DNA from: Toensbergia leucococca
Lineage: Eukaryota
DNA length: 54,390 nucleotides
Reading direction: 5' to 3'
NCBI GenBank assembly: GCA_022813965.1
Contig: JALDZS010000158.1
Location: 1 to 54,390, forward strand
The notes beneath the pieces are model-generated. The model ran no database searches. It was not told where the DNA came from and saw only the letters and a program-made list of their open reading frames with translations. The position numbers were made by a program, and so were the translations under genes. Positions 1-12,052 of this stretch are shown in pieces. Every line of letters begins with the position of its first letter. The first letter of the stretch is position 1.

Positions 1-638
1 GCCTGGTGCTGGGTATCGATAAGGGTTTGCGGGGTCATTCTGCCAGGCTATTCCTCGATTGTTGTTCCATCTGCCGGTTTGATATGGAAGACGACTTCTT
101 GTACCCTGAGCCTGTTGAGCCTATGAGGAAGTGATGCTGTAAAGTGTGTGGCTGCATCGATGTAACTGCAAAATCATGTCCACAACTCAGGCTCCAAAAT
201 TGCACAGCCACATTTAAATGTTCTAATTGCGGCTGTGCTACGGAGTAGATAGAGATAGGTACCTACCTAGTCATGGGGTCCACGTCATTCAAGGAACCAT
301 CACCCAGCATTGAACACGACAAGAGCTCCAAGTCACTACGATAGATAGCATCGCGACCGTGGTGTCACACTTCGACGAACATAGTTGTCCCTGCAATTCT
401 GTCACTAATCCTGCAGCTGAATATCACTTTTTGTATGAATTACAATAGCCCTGTCAGAGCTGAAGGTGGTCTGACTGTGACTGATCTCTTACTTCTAGCA
501 CATCTAGGGAATCTCATCAACGTCTCATTCTTACTTCGAACGACCGAAACAGCTAAACAAGCACCCGAACTAAAGACCGATATCTGGCTGGACCCTCTCC
601 CACCCGCACCGGGCCTGCTGTTAGAATACGCGGCCAGA

Positions 639-2571
639 ATGGAGTCCTCTCAGCTTCGTCGCAAAGACACGACAAAAGGGCCACCGCTGCGCATACTGTC
701 ACTTGGTGAGTCTACCCAAATTGGGTCTCAAGTCCCACTTCCCTTTCTCGATCGCGCTAACCATGTCTACCCAGATGGCGGAGGTGTTCGAGGCTATTCC
801 ATGCTTATCCTCCTACAGGAACTCATGTATCGGACTTACGTGGAATGCGAAGGGAAGGCGCCAAGGCGAGATCAAATACCCAAGCCATGCGACCATTTCG
901 ATCTGATTGCCGGGACTGGGACTGGAGGATTGATTGCCATCATGTTAGGTCGAATGAGGCTAGATTTAGAGACGTGCAAGGACGTATATGTTCGAATGAC
1001 AAGGAGGGTATTTGAGACTGATAAGACAATCGCCGGGATACCTTACAGATCTACACTTTTCAAGGCATCAAAGCTGGAAGACGCCATACGAGATTGCGTA
1101 CGGGAACACACCATCTTCGAGGATGAGGGAAATGATGGTACTGCAAATGGAGGAAGAGAGGCACCGATGACTCCAAATACGCCGGGAAGCATCACTGACC
1201 AGAATGGTATGCCAAGGAGATCAATGAGTACTAGCACAGCTGGTGCATTTAGCCCAGTAACGACAAGAGGTCTAGTGGGCTCTATGCGGTGGGGAAATCC
1301 GAATGCGTATCTCTACGATTCGAGAGAATATCGGACCAAGACGCAAGTGGCAATGTTCAGAATGTTTTAAAAGATGCTAATTCTATATTAGCGCTGTGAC
1401 CGCAGTCTTCAAAGGAACACCTAGAAATGGAAGCTCGGCATTACTACGATCTTACGACTCGCGGAAAGAACCTCCTCCCGAATTTAATTGCACAATCTGG
1501 CAGGCTGGTCGTGCAACATCAGCGACCGGCCTTGCCTTTAAGCCTATACAAATTGGTCAATCCGTCTTCATTGACGAAGGCGCCGGAAAGTACAACCCGG
1601 CTCCCCAGATCATGGACGAAGCCGCGATGAATGAATGGCCTGGACGTGAAGTGGGTGTCTTTATTAGCATAGGTACTGGGAAGCGACCTGGTGGTACAAA
1701 CGACAAGCAGCATGAATGGTGGGAAGGATTTGTGGGAAGTGGCATCGGTGATTTCGCTGAGGCAAGAAGGAGATTGATCTCCAAAATTGAAGGCTGCGAA
1801 GACACTCATCAATACATGCGGAACGAACACTTGGCAAAAAGAGGCGTGAACCCAGACAATTACTACCGGCTAAACGTGGAGGTTGGAGTAGGGGAATTTG
1901 GAATGAACGAATGGAATCGGTTGGCAGATATCAGTACAAGCACAAGAAGGTATCTGGCCAAATCCGAGGTCCAGCGCATAAACATGGACGCAGCGGCAAA
2001 AATGGCTAGGATTGAAAGAGCGAAGCGAAGGCACGCAGCATATGCAACGACTGGCGAATTCGACAGTCATGAGAGGCCGGCTCCGCCATACGTCCCTCCT
2101 CCTCTGGATCCTCTTGCAGTGGAGCTTCCGGGTGAAGATGTGCCGTCACAACATCCAAGGCCAAAGCCGGGACCACAGTATCCCGTGAACCCTCCACATC
2201 CATACCAACAGGTTCTGAGTTCGCAAGATAAGTTTACGGTAGTATCATCGGACGAATTCCCTCAGGTTGTGGATACCGCGCACTCAAGTCTATCAGCAGA
2301 TATTCCTTACAGAAATAGTATTGGGGGATATATGGCTGATAGTCCGCGAACGTCGGGGCAATCAATTATTGAATCACCGCGAAGAAGCAACGAGGGTTAT
2401 GCTCCTCCATTACCTCCCAAAACGCCAATATCGCATCGCGACGGGCGAGACCAAAGGCGGTATGATATATCACCACGGGGTAACGGGAACATGAAGCTTC
2501 CTTATCCGGACACAGATGGACCTCCACCTGTGGTGAACATGGCAAGGAAACCTGAATACACTGGGAGGTAA
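639..2571 (+). CDS. Patatin-like (FabD/lysophospholipase-like) protein, probably catalytically altered; 3 exons (639-705, 775-1342, 1392-2571)
   Basis: Spliced product reads MESSQLRRKDTTKGPPLRILSLDGGGVRG...FDLIAGTGTGGLIA...IWQAGRATSA...FIDEG...FISIGTG...YYRLNV, typical of fungal patatin/iPLA2-like proteins. Intron 1 is GT-AG (706-774); intron 2 is GC-AG (1343-1391). Pro-rich C-terminal tail. Confidence 0.9.
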
Positions 2572-3565
2572 AACGGGGCTTCGGGCGTTGGTGTTTTTGG
2601 TTGCAATTCGGGAAACGGTGTTATGAGATACCATGTTGGCAAGCATTGATTCAATCAATGCTGGATGAGATGATCAGGAGGCATGCTCATGGGGTCTGGA
2701 GCTGCTTCTTTCGGTTGGTTTACAAGCGCCCGGACGGTTGTGAGAGAATTGTGTGTGCAATTGACGATTTAGATGTATCAGAATAACATGTGACTTTACT
2801 TCGCATGGATTACTATGTGAGAGTAGAATGCTTGTCAGAGATGGATGAATCCTTCCATCTTGATTAAGACATGTGTATCGTGGATTATGTATCATGGACT
2901 ATGAGACATGGTGGTTGATTGGTTGCCGTGGGAAGGGGAAGAAGGCGGCGAGAAAACACGGATAACTCTCAACCATTCACGATAAGCACTCTAAACCCGA
3001 ATTGCCTACATACCTTCCCCTCCTCGCCCAACTACAATATCGTCGTCTTTTCACTCTCGTACACACCTCATTCCCTCAACAGACGGCGGTGCTGAGACGA
3101 CCCGGTGCGGCGTTGCTCAGCCTCGAAGATCGACGTCACAAGCGTGGCTCCACCAAAACATCCAGACCAACTTCAGCAGGCTCAGCAGGCAATCCTCGTA
3201 ATCCTCCGAAGCCATCACCACAAATCCCACGCCAGAGACAGTCCATGTTCTACTGAAAGACAACGAGTCTTGGCCATCCACCTTCTTTTGCCTGAGTTTC
3301 GTGACCTCGTTCTCCTCTTCATCTTCTACAATCTCACTACCTAATTAACAGCACCACACGACCTGGATTGCTTTATGATTCCTCGATAGATCACGACGCC
3401 TACGAGTTTCTCTCCTTTTGTTTCTTTTATCAACCCATACCTTCTCCGACCAGTCCTGAGTCCTGGCGCCTCAGCCCCCCAGCGCTGGAGTAAATAGACA
3501 ACCCAGCAGGCTTTCTTTGAAAGCCGTGTCTGGAGTTTGCATCCCCAAGCGACTTCGTTGTGAAG

Positions 3566-5858
3566 ATGGCTTCCGTCACAGATATACTACTCAATGCCAA
3601 CGAAATATACGCCAGAGCAGATGCCAACCCCAACAAAGCGTCTCGACCGCCAGTCTACAAGGCTATTGGGATATCCCTAGCCATCGCATCGGGTCTTTTC
3701 ATCGGGGTGTCTTTTGTTCTAAAGAAGATTGGATTGCTGAGAGCCAATGTAAAATACAGCGAAGAGGCCGGTGAAGGCTATGGTTATCTCAAGAACGCAT
3801 ACTGGTGGACTGGCATGACCTTGATGATAATTGGGGAGATATGTAATTTTGTGGCCTACGCATTCGTTGACGCTATCCTGGTCACGCCTTTAGGCGCTTT
3901 GTCCGTCGTTATCACCACCATCCTTTCGGCAATTTTTCTAAAGGAGCGCCTGAGCTTCGTTGGGAAGATTGGATGTCTTATATGCATAATTGGTTCCGTG
4001 GTTATTGTTATGAACGCCCCAGCGCAAAGCTCTGCTGCTACGATTCAAGAGATGCAACATTTCGTTATTGCGCCTGGATTTTTGAGTTATGCCGGAGTTA
4101 TCGTTGCGGGATGTGTTTTCATCGCGTTGTGGGTAGCGCCTCGATATGGGAAAAAGAGTATGTTGGTATACTTGAGCATCTGCAGCTTGATTGGGGGCCT
4201 CAGTGTCGTTGCGACCCAAGGGTTGGGCGCTGCAGTAGTGTCCCAAGCAGGAGGGACACCGCAGTTCAACCACTGGTTTTTATACGTCCTGTTCGTATTC
4301 GTGATTATAACATTGGTGACGGAGATCATCTTTCTCAACGTGAGTAGACCTCTAATGAATATAGAAATCTACTAACAAGGCGCAGAAAGCCTTGAATCTT
4401 TTTAACGCTGCCCTCGTCACCCCAACGTACTATGTTTTCTTTACTAGTTCGACCATTGTCACCTCCGCTATACTATTTCGAGGTTTTAAAGGAAGTCCTA
4501 CATCCATTGCGACTGTTGTCATGGGTTTCCTGCAGATATGTTGTGGTGTTATCCTTCTACAACTGTCAAAATCTTCTAAAGATGTCCCGGATGCTGCAGT
4601 ATTCCGAGGAGACTTGGATCAAGTTCGGACCGTTGCTGAACAGGAAGAACCAGAGTCCGAACCAAAGGCTGATGCTATTCGTGGTACTGCCGCTATTATT
4701 CGGAGGTTATCAAATTCGAGACAGAAGATTGAGGCTGCCGAAGCAAAGAGGATACATGAAGAGAAGCTTAAGGACCAGATGGAACCGATCGCAGAAGATG
4801 AGCAATTCGAATGGGATGGAATACGGCGTAGGAAGACTGTGTCTGGTGGAAGCGGAGAGGGTGGATTACAGAGGCGGAAAACCCTGCACCCGCCGCTCGG
4901 AATGACTCGCTTCCCAGACGAAGAGGAGGATCAAGACCACAGGCCAACCTCAGGCGATGGGCAACATAGTGGACGTTTCAACGGTGGTTTCCTAAATAGT
5001 TTTAGGAGAAGCCGAGGACACAGTACTCGTTTACCAGTCCAAAGAAACACACGTGGCTTTACAGATCCAAGTTCAGGCAATCACCCACCTCCAGAAATTT
5101 TAACCGAGATCTCCATCCCCGCGGACAAAGGCGACGATTACATAGCCGGAACTTCCAACTTCGCCAACCACCCTGACGGCGCTATGGAAATGTCCCACGT
5201 CTTTGGCCTCCCTCCCACCCTCGAAACCCACCAATTCGACGGTTCCACCTCCAGCGCCCCCGGCCCCCCACCACCCGAACACTCCCAATATGGAAAACCC
5301 ATTGTCTGGGCCCAAGACCTCGACCAAGACGCCACTCACCTCCGCAGCAGCCTTGCCCCCGACCCACCCGCCCATTCCGCTAAGAGGCAATTCTCCTTCC
5401 AAAACGTCTTCCACCGACACAGACATGAAACCCCTTCGGAAAGCAGCCATTCCGTTCGCCCCATCTCCCGCACCGGGCTGGGATCGCGGCAGGGTTCCAA
5501 GGAGTCCCATATTCCTGGCATCAAGTCCGCTACGGAGGAGGAGCGTTTAGGGCTTGTGAAGGGTGATTCTAGGATTGCGGTGCCGCCGCCGGATTATACG
5601 GATGATGAAGAGGAGTGGCGGGATGATGGAAGAGGGATGAGGGGGAGGTCGTTGACGGAGCCGATTAGGGAGGAGAAGGAGGGGGAGGGAAGGTGGGTCG
5701 AGAGTGAGGTTGAGGATGCGGAGGAGGAGGAGGAGGGTAGGGATGAGCTGGCTGGGGTTGGTGATCGCGATGCCAGGATGAGGTTTAGGGAGTGGGAGAG
5801 CAGGGGTGGCGGGGCTAGTGGTGGGTGCGGGGGAGTGGGTAAGGGGGCGTTTGTATAG
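3566..5858 (+). CDS. NIPA-family magnesium transporter with long disordered C-terminal tail; 2 exons (3566-4339, 4386-5858)
   Basis: Family motifs GISLAIASGLFIGVSFVLKK, YLKNAYWWTGMTLMIIGEICNFVAYAF, ILVTPLGALSV and N|KALNLFNAALVTPTYYV. Multiple TM segments. Intron GTGAGT...CTAAC...GCAG. Confidence 0.93.
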
Positions 5859-6108
5859 ATTGGTTGTGTTCAGGAAGGGATAGGGGAGTTGGAGAGGCGG
5901 CTTTTTTTCTGTATAGAGAGCTTTTACATATTGGCTCTTGGGTGCTCCGACTCGGGTTATGAGTTTTCCTTTTTTAATAAAGACACACTTATTTCTCCTA
6001 TTTCCTGTTTTCAGACTTTATTGTCTTGTTCTTTCGCTTTTTCGGCGCTGTTGGGGGACAAGTAGTAGGGATTTTTATTACCATGTCCCCTCCATCGTGC
6101 TTTATTCT

Positions 6109-6141
<33 letters not shown>

Positions 6142-6142
6142 G

Positions 6143-6883
6143 ACAATGTTGTGTCTTGAGTGAGTGAGCCCATCTACTGTTCAATCAGTGATATTCTTGC
6201 AAGACACACTCAATCATTTTAATGTTCTTATAGCTTATATGCTTTCAGTCAGGTCATTGTGACAGCAGACAAGCAGGCAGAGCTTTGTACAGATATGAAT
6301 TCTGTGAGATTGAGAGTGAGTGAGTGAGTGAGTGAGTGTGCTTAAAACACCCTTTTTTCTTAAAGGGGGTTGAGACTATGAGATTTATATACATATCAAA
6401 TATACATTCAGAGTAAGGATTTGTCAGAAAGTTAGAGAGAGAATGTGAAGTGTGTTGTGACACTTTTCTTTTGATGTTTTGTTTTTTACAAGGGAGGGTT
6501 TTTTTGTAATGTCTTTTTTTTTTCTTTTTTTTTTCTTATCTGAGAGCTCTTTATAGTAAGAGAGAGAGAGGAGATTAAGAGTGAGAGAGAGTGTAAGGGA
6601 AGCTTAAGAATTTATATACTGCAAGGGCTTTTATAAGTTTTTTTTTGGTGAGTTTAAAAGATTGAAATTTTTTTTTTCCTGTGTCTGACAATTCTAATAC
6701 AGTGCATTACAGACATGGCATTCATAAACAAAAAATCTACTCTTTAAATTTACACTAAACTCTCACATAACAAGCACCTTACCTCAGACACTCAAGGCTT
6801 TTTCTGCTGTTTTTCAGTCTACTAAGAGTACATTATTGTATAGAGATTGGCACCCCAATTTCATGAACCTAATTTTGGTCCTT
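6143..6883. other. AT-rich, CpG-free intergenic island with (GAGT)n and GA microsatellites; poly-T (6111-6139) at its left edge
   Basis: No CG dinucleotide seen between 6143 and 6883 by manual reading, with abundant TG/CA. Lies between the convergent 3' ends of the NIPA and MFS genes. Confidence 0.75.
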
Positions 6884-6958
6884 CGCAAGAGCAGATAGAG
6901 GTTCATATCTATATGTCAAAGAGAAATAACACACATATCTGTATCTAAAAGCTATGTA

Positions 6959-8830
6959 TCACAAGGTATACACGAACTCGGGATTCTCCCTATCAATCTG
7001 TCAGCCATCCAATCTCTCATCCAATAACTCCTCGCGTCACACTTCAAGCCCCGAATCAAAAAAATGAAACATACCTATCCGTCAAATCCAACCACTCTTG
7101 ATTCTCCAATTTCCGATACGCCGGCTGTGCCCTAAACTGCGCCTTTTTCTTGTTCTGATTTTGACAATACCACCATATGAACAGCAAATCTAGTATACAA
7201 GCACCCCAACAACAGATGATGGTAATTTCAGCAGGAACGTATCTTGGAGCATCACCTGGCCGGAAAGTTTGCGGACCTTTGCAATGTTTAGTCTGACATT
7301 TCCTGGAGTGAAATTAGTGGAAGACGTACCAATTATGTTTCCTACACAATATGAGATCAGGTAAATGGCGGCCACCGTGGTTTTCTTAGTGTAGCCCGCA
7401 ACATTGGTAGCAATCAAGGACAGCAAGGCAACGAAAGGGGTTGGACTAGCTTGAGTCATATAATACCCGGCAAGTCTACCTCCATTATTCGATAATGGCA
7501 AAGCAACGATTAGAATCATTCCGATGATCGCAATCACCAATCCCGAACAGCTGATCAATATCCTGTGGCCGAAGCGATCACCTAGGTATCCGCAGGCAAT
7601 AAGGCTTACAACTTCGACTGCTCCACCAGGCGTGCCGTAAAGTAAGCTTTCCTCGGCCGTATAGCCAAAGGAAACGATGAGCTGACTGAAGAAGTTGGAG
7701 ATGCCTCCATTGGGAATATCAGCCGTGCAAGCGTAAAAGGCAAATGCCCAGGTCAATGGATCCCGGAGTGTTTCTTTAAGTTGGTATGCTTTAAAATGCT
7801 TGTTGCCGATTCCTTGCTGATTGACGCGAACACGTTCAACCGCCAGCCTTCGGTCATCTTTAGTCAACCAACGTGCATTTAGCTGATTGTCTGGCATTAC
7901 GAAGAGAAAGATACAGCCGACCGATGCAGTCAGAAGGCCAGTGACGAGGAAGATGATTTTCCATGGGGCAATGGTCGAGCCGTGGAGACGGGTGCCTTTG
8001 GCAATGCCATAAGCTACGAGGCCACCAAATATCTGAGCCATACCGTTAAAGCTGAACCAGGTTCCTATACGGGTACCTTGCTCTTTCTTAGTATACCACT
8101 ACCCACAATTAGACGGTATCCTCTGAAGAACTGAAGATTCTATATACCTGGGAGGTAAACAAGGCGAATCCAGGTGTGACGGCAGCTTCAAACACGCCGA
8201 GGAAGAAGCGTACGGCTATTGCGCCGGAATAATTCTTGACGGCGGCCATACAACATAAAACTAATCCCCACATGATGATACAAAATGAGGAATATTTGGC
8301 TAGCGGCAGGCGCTGTAACAGTCGATTCGTTGGGTATTCCCATGCCAGATAACCTTTTTATCGTCAGTCTCCACCCTCTTGTGTCTCTTCTCCGTGTCAG
8401 AATACCAAAGTAGAACATGCTACCAAGCCATTGATAATCATCCCCGACCAGATTGATATCTTTCTTGATCCCCATGACTGAGGCGTAGGATAGAGTTGTC
8501 TCTAATATCCAAATCAACGGTATTCAACTGCCGAGTCCAAGCCAAGACATGGCGTACTATCCAAGTAATTGAGACCGTAGATGACACACAGGAGCTAAAG
8601 CAGTTGCGTAAGTCCTAATCGTCTATGATGTGACGGAAATTTGCGCATACTGGCATCAGATGGCGATCAATGTTCCGCAACAATCTCTTGTTTGTAGCCT
8701 CGTCCACAATCAGACTCTCGCCATCATAATCGGCGAAAGCTTTCATCGCATCGTCAACATCGTACGTAGGCTTTAGAGGAATGGTGGTAGCTGTCGTCGC
8801 GGCCTCGAGAGGGATTGGCTCTTTCTCCAT
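6959..8830 (-). CDS. MFS transporter of the anion:cation symporter family (allantoate permease, Dal5-like); multi-exon
   Basis: MEKEPIP...NKRLLRNIDRHLMP, LCVIYGLNYLD, TTLSYASVMGI, YQWLGSMFYFG, PWKIIFLVTG, NVAGYTKKTTVAAIYLISYCVGNIIG and C-terminal WLDLTDRENPEFVYTL*. Several GT-AG introns on the minus strand. Confidence 0.92.
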
Positions 8831-10441
8831 GTCGTCAGGATTGAACGTAACGGTGGAATGCGCTGAAAGGAAATGGCCGTTCTATGTGTGTAGTAACAAT
8901 TGGAAGCAGGAGAGACATTAGAAAAGGAAATATATGAGTATCGCGAGCCATGGCCGTTATCTGTGGCGGGATTGACGTAGCTATGCAGGCGATAGTAGTA
9001 GGAAGGTGAGGAGGTAGTAGGGCAGGCACTGAGGCACGGTAGGTAGCGAGGTAGGTATTCTAGGCGTGGCAGCTTGAAGGACGAGCCCCGCACGGGACAT
9101 CAAGAGATATTGAGGCGGTGGAGGGGGGTGGAAACGGAGAAATGTTGCGATTGGCCTGACAAGCCTCAATTCAATCTCACACACTCTCTGCCTGCCACAC
9201 CACCAACTGGTGACACTGCAGACTGCTTGCCTCACATCAAGGCTTACTAAGCTCCTTCGGGTTAACCGTTAACCCCTTTAAGCTCATGTCCTATCCCACA
9301 TTAGTCAGCACAGGCTAACCAGAGCGGGCTTAGCGGTCTAGAATGACGACGAGACACCTCACTCTCTCCTCTCCAATGCGACCAAGTAAACTTCTGCCAA
9401 CATTCTGCCGAGTCAAGAAACTTGTGCGCCCTGAAAATCAAAAGGTGAACAGACATGGTCAGTACGCAATGAAACCATTGATGATCATCATCCTCACTCT
9501 ATTCTATTAAATGCGGAAGCCCACAAGACGCATTGCAATTGAAAAATACTCATAGCACGTCTCCTCCGTCCATTTCTATCGTCACTGCAGCTTCAAGGAC
9601 CCCTGTGATTCATCTACTCTTCTTTTATAGCTGAAGCAATATCGCGCAGTGTCTCTTCTTGTCTGCATACTTTCGACGGAGCCATGGGCAATTATAAGGG
9701 CCAGAAGAAGAGGTGAGCATTTTGAGCAGGCACAGGACATTCAAGACATACATTACCCCGAGAAACAATCTTGCCTTGATGTGTTCCATACAGCACAGCA
9801 AATTTCTATTAATCACCTTCGTTCTTGAAATCTTGGCAGCACTACTCTAATATTTCCCAATGAAACCCATTTTTATTAGCAGCAAAATCGAATACCATTA
9901 CCATCTTCAACCTTCGCCATTTTCCCTTGATATAGTCTAACATGATAGGAAATACCCGAGACTTTGAAAGGCAACTGCTATGAGATACGCTTCGGGGCCC
10001 TTGTCAGCTAACCAGATCCGTCCATTCATTTCCAACTGAGGCCCTTCCAACAATCCAACCAACTGCAAAAAGACCGGCACTAACGCAACGCAATATCATC
10101 TCAAAGATATGTCATCAATTTGACTCGGCTACACATGGCATCTTTGCAACACGTGTTCCTCCTGCTCATCGTCATACGAAATCTGTCAGGCAAAATACCA
10201 CTGAATGCCAATCGCTGACTGACAAGCATTAATTAGCTATACTGATCACTGAACAGAAACAATGCACAGACAACTCTATCATTTAGAGCGTTGGAAGATT
10301 GTCTCTTAAAATTCCCAAGACATGCGCTCTATTTACTTTCTATTCATAAAGAATCCACCCTTTAATCCTCGTCCAATCCAATCCAATCTAAATCCCAACC
10401 TCCTTCACCTCCCAAAGGACCTTCCGAAAGACTTCTCAACC

Positions 10442-11052
10442 ATGCACCAAATCCACGACATCCTCCTCCTCTTCCCACTAACCCCCCTAATCCACGCCGC
10501 TCCCCAAGACTACCACCCCCCTACCTCCCTAACCCTCACCACCACCGCCCCCATCACCGCCCCCACCGGCTCCCCCGACAACACCCCCCCAACCCCAACC
10601 CTCCCCGGAACATTCATCCCAAATATAAACGCCCACCTCATGTCCTCAAACAAGTCTGTCCTCCCCCTCCTGATTCACAACCCACACTAACCTCTCCCCA
10701 CAGCTCCTTCCAACCCTCAGCGCCCATCCCCGGCCTCCCCAGCCACCAACCACCCCTCTGCTACGACTTCGCCACCGTCCCTCTAACCAATTACACCTAC
10801 TGCACAACCTACACCCCAACCGCCAACAAAACCTCGCCAGGTCTGACCCTCACCAGCGTGAACAGCACCTTCTGGTCCCAGCTATATCCGCAATCGGGCT
10901 GCCAGGGCAACACGGACACTCTGCCTCCGAGGTTGTGGGCTGCGACGGATGTGGAGTTCGAAAGCTGTGTTTTTGCGTTGGGGACGGTGGCGGGGGGGTC
11001 GTCGGTGGGGTTTGGGGTTCGTTTGGGGGGGATGGGGGTTGGGATTTTGTGA
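10442..11052 (+). CDS. Small putative secreted protein (~186 aa): Pro/Thr-rich linker plus Cys-containing domain; 2 exons (10442-10653, 10704-11052)
   Basis: Signal-like start MHQIHDILLLFPLTPLIHAAP. Intron GTCTGT...CACTAAC...CAG joins in frame to ORF 10858-11052 (LCYDFATV...YCTTY...SGCQG...FESCVFALG). C-terminus uncertain because of G homopolymers. Confidence 0.6.
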
Positions 11053-11282
11053 TGGGGGAGGAGTGATGGGGAAGTTTTTGAATACTGGGTTTGGCGATTG
11101 GAGGTCGCTGGTAGGGAATGTTTGCTGGGTTTGTGCGGTATACTGAGCTGTCACTGCCCTGATAATTGAAACTAACTCTTCTTTCATGTCAGCACATGAT
11201 ATTCTCATTAAGGTCTTAATATTGATCTGTATTCATGACTCAGTTTAGTATATAATCTCTATTGTGACTTCAATAGCGACGT

Positions 11283-11886
11283 CCTCAATCAGTTTCCATT
11301 ATTGTATTAACACTTCAGAATGCTAGTACCCTTTCATCTCTAAAGGGAAGCTATCAGACAATATCTTCTCTACAGTTCTTGAAGAGTAAAATTCTCTGAG
11401 ATCTTTCTCTTTTTTGAGATTTATCAGTATCCTTGAGTCTCAGAGTGAGACAGTCTCACTTGAGCATGCTCAGTTTATTCAACAGACAACATACATTTAT
11501 CAACAACTCTCTGTCACAGTAGAGAGGAATAAAGAGTCTTTCTACGGATAGGCGTCAGTGCAATACCTTTGCTCCCTACAGATTTCACACATTACTAAGG
11601 CTGTTATCACTAAATAAGAGTTTAAAAAAAAATGGGTTGAGTGCAGAGAAGAGATAATCTCTGTAATATCATCTATCAATCTGTTGAGCCCATACAATTC
11701 AACAATCATTCAACTGATAATAGGAAAGCAGATCTGATAACTGAAAGGCATTGATAAGTCTCTCTGAAGATGATTTTTTTTAAAGAAACCTGTCAATTAT
11801 ATATGGCTGTGGGTGAGTTGTATAGGGTTTTCAGTCTGAAGCCTCTGATGTTACCTGTGTTTTGCTTGCTACAGGGACATAATTAC
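11283..11886. other. AT-rich, CpG-depleted intergenic island
   Basis: Only two CpGs (near 11544-11554) seen in ~600 bp. Lies between the convergent secreted-protein and FAD monooxygenase genes. Confidence 0.65.
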
Positions 11887-12052
11887 ACGGCCCTCTTGTA
11901 GGAGAATAAAAACAAGTTTCTGCCCGGATATCAGGGCCCATAATTAAAGAGTTGAGAAAAATTAAACCCCGGTGAAGACCTCCCAATCCGCCCTCCTTAG
12001 TAACAGCCCCCCACCCCCTCTCCTCCCCTCCCCTCTCTCCCTCAACAGCTAC

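Noticed and set aside
435..638. N-terminal extension of the patatin ORF (MNYNSPV...)
   Set aside because: Not family-like. The plausible start is MESSQLRR at 639, just before the conserved LRILSLDGGG.
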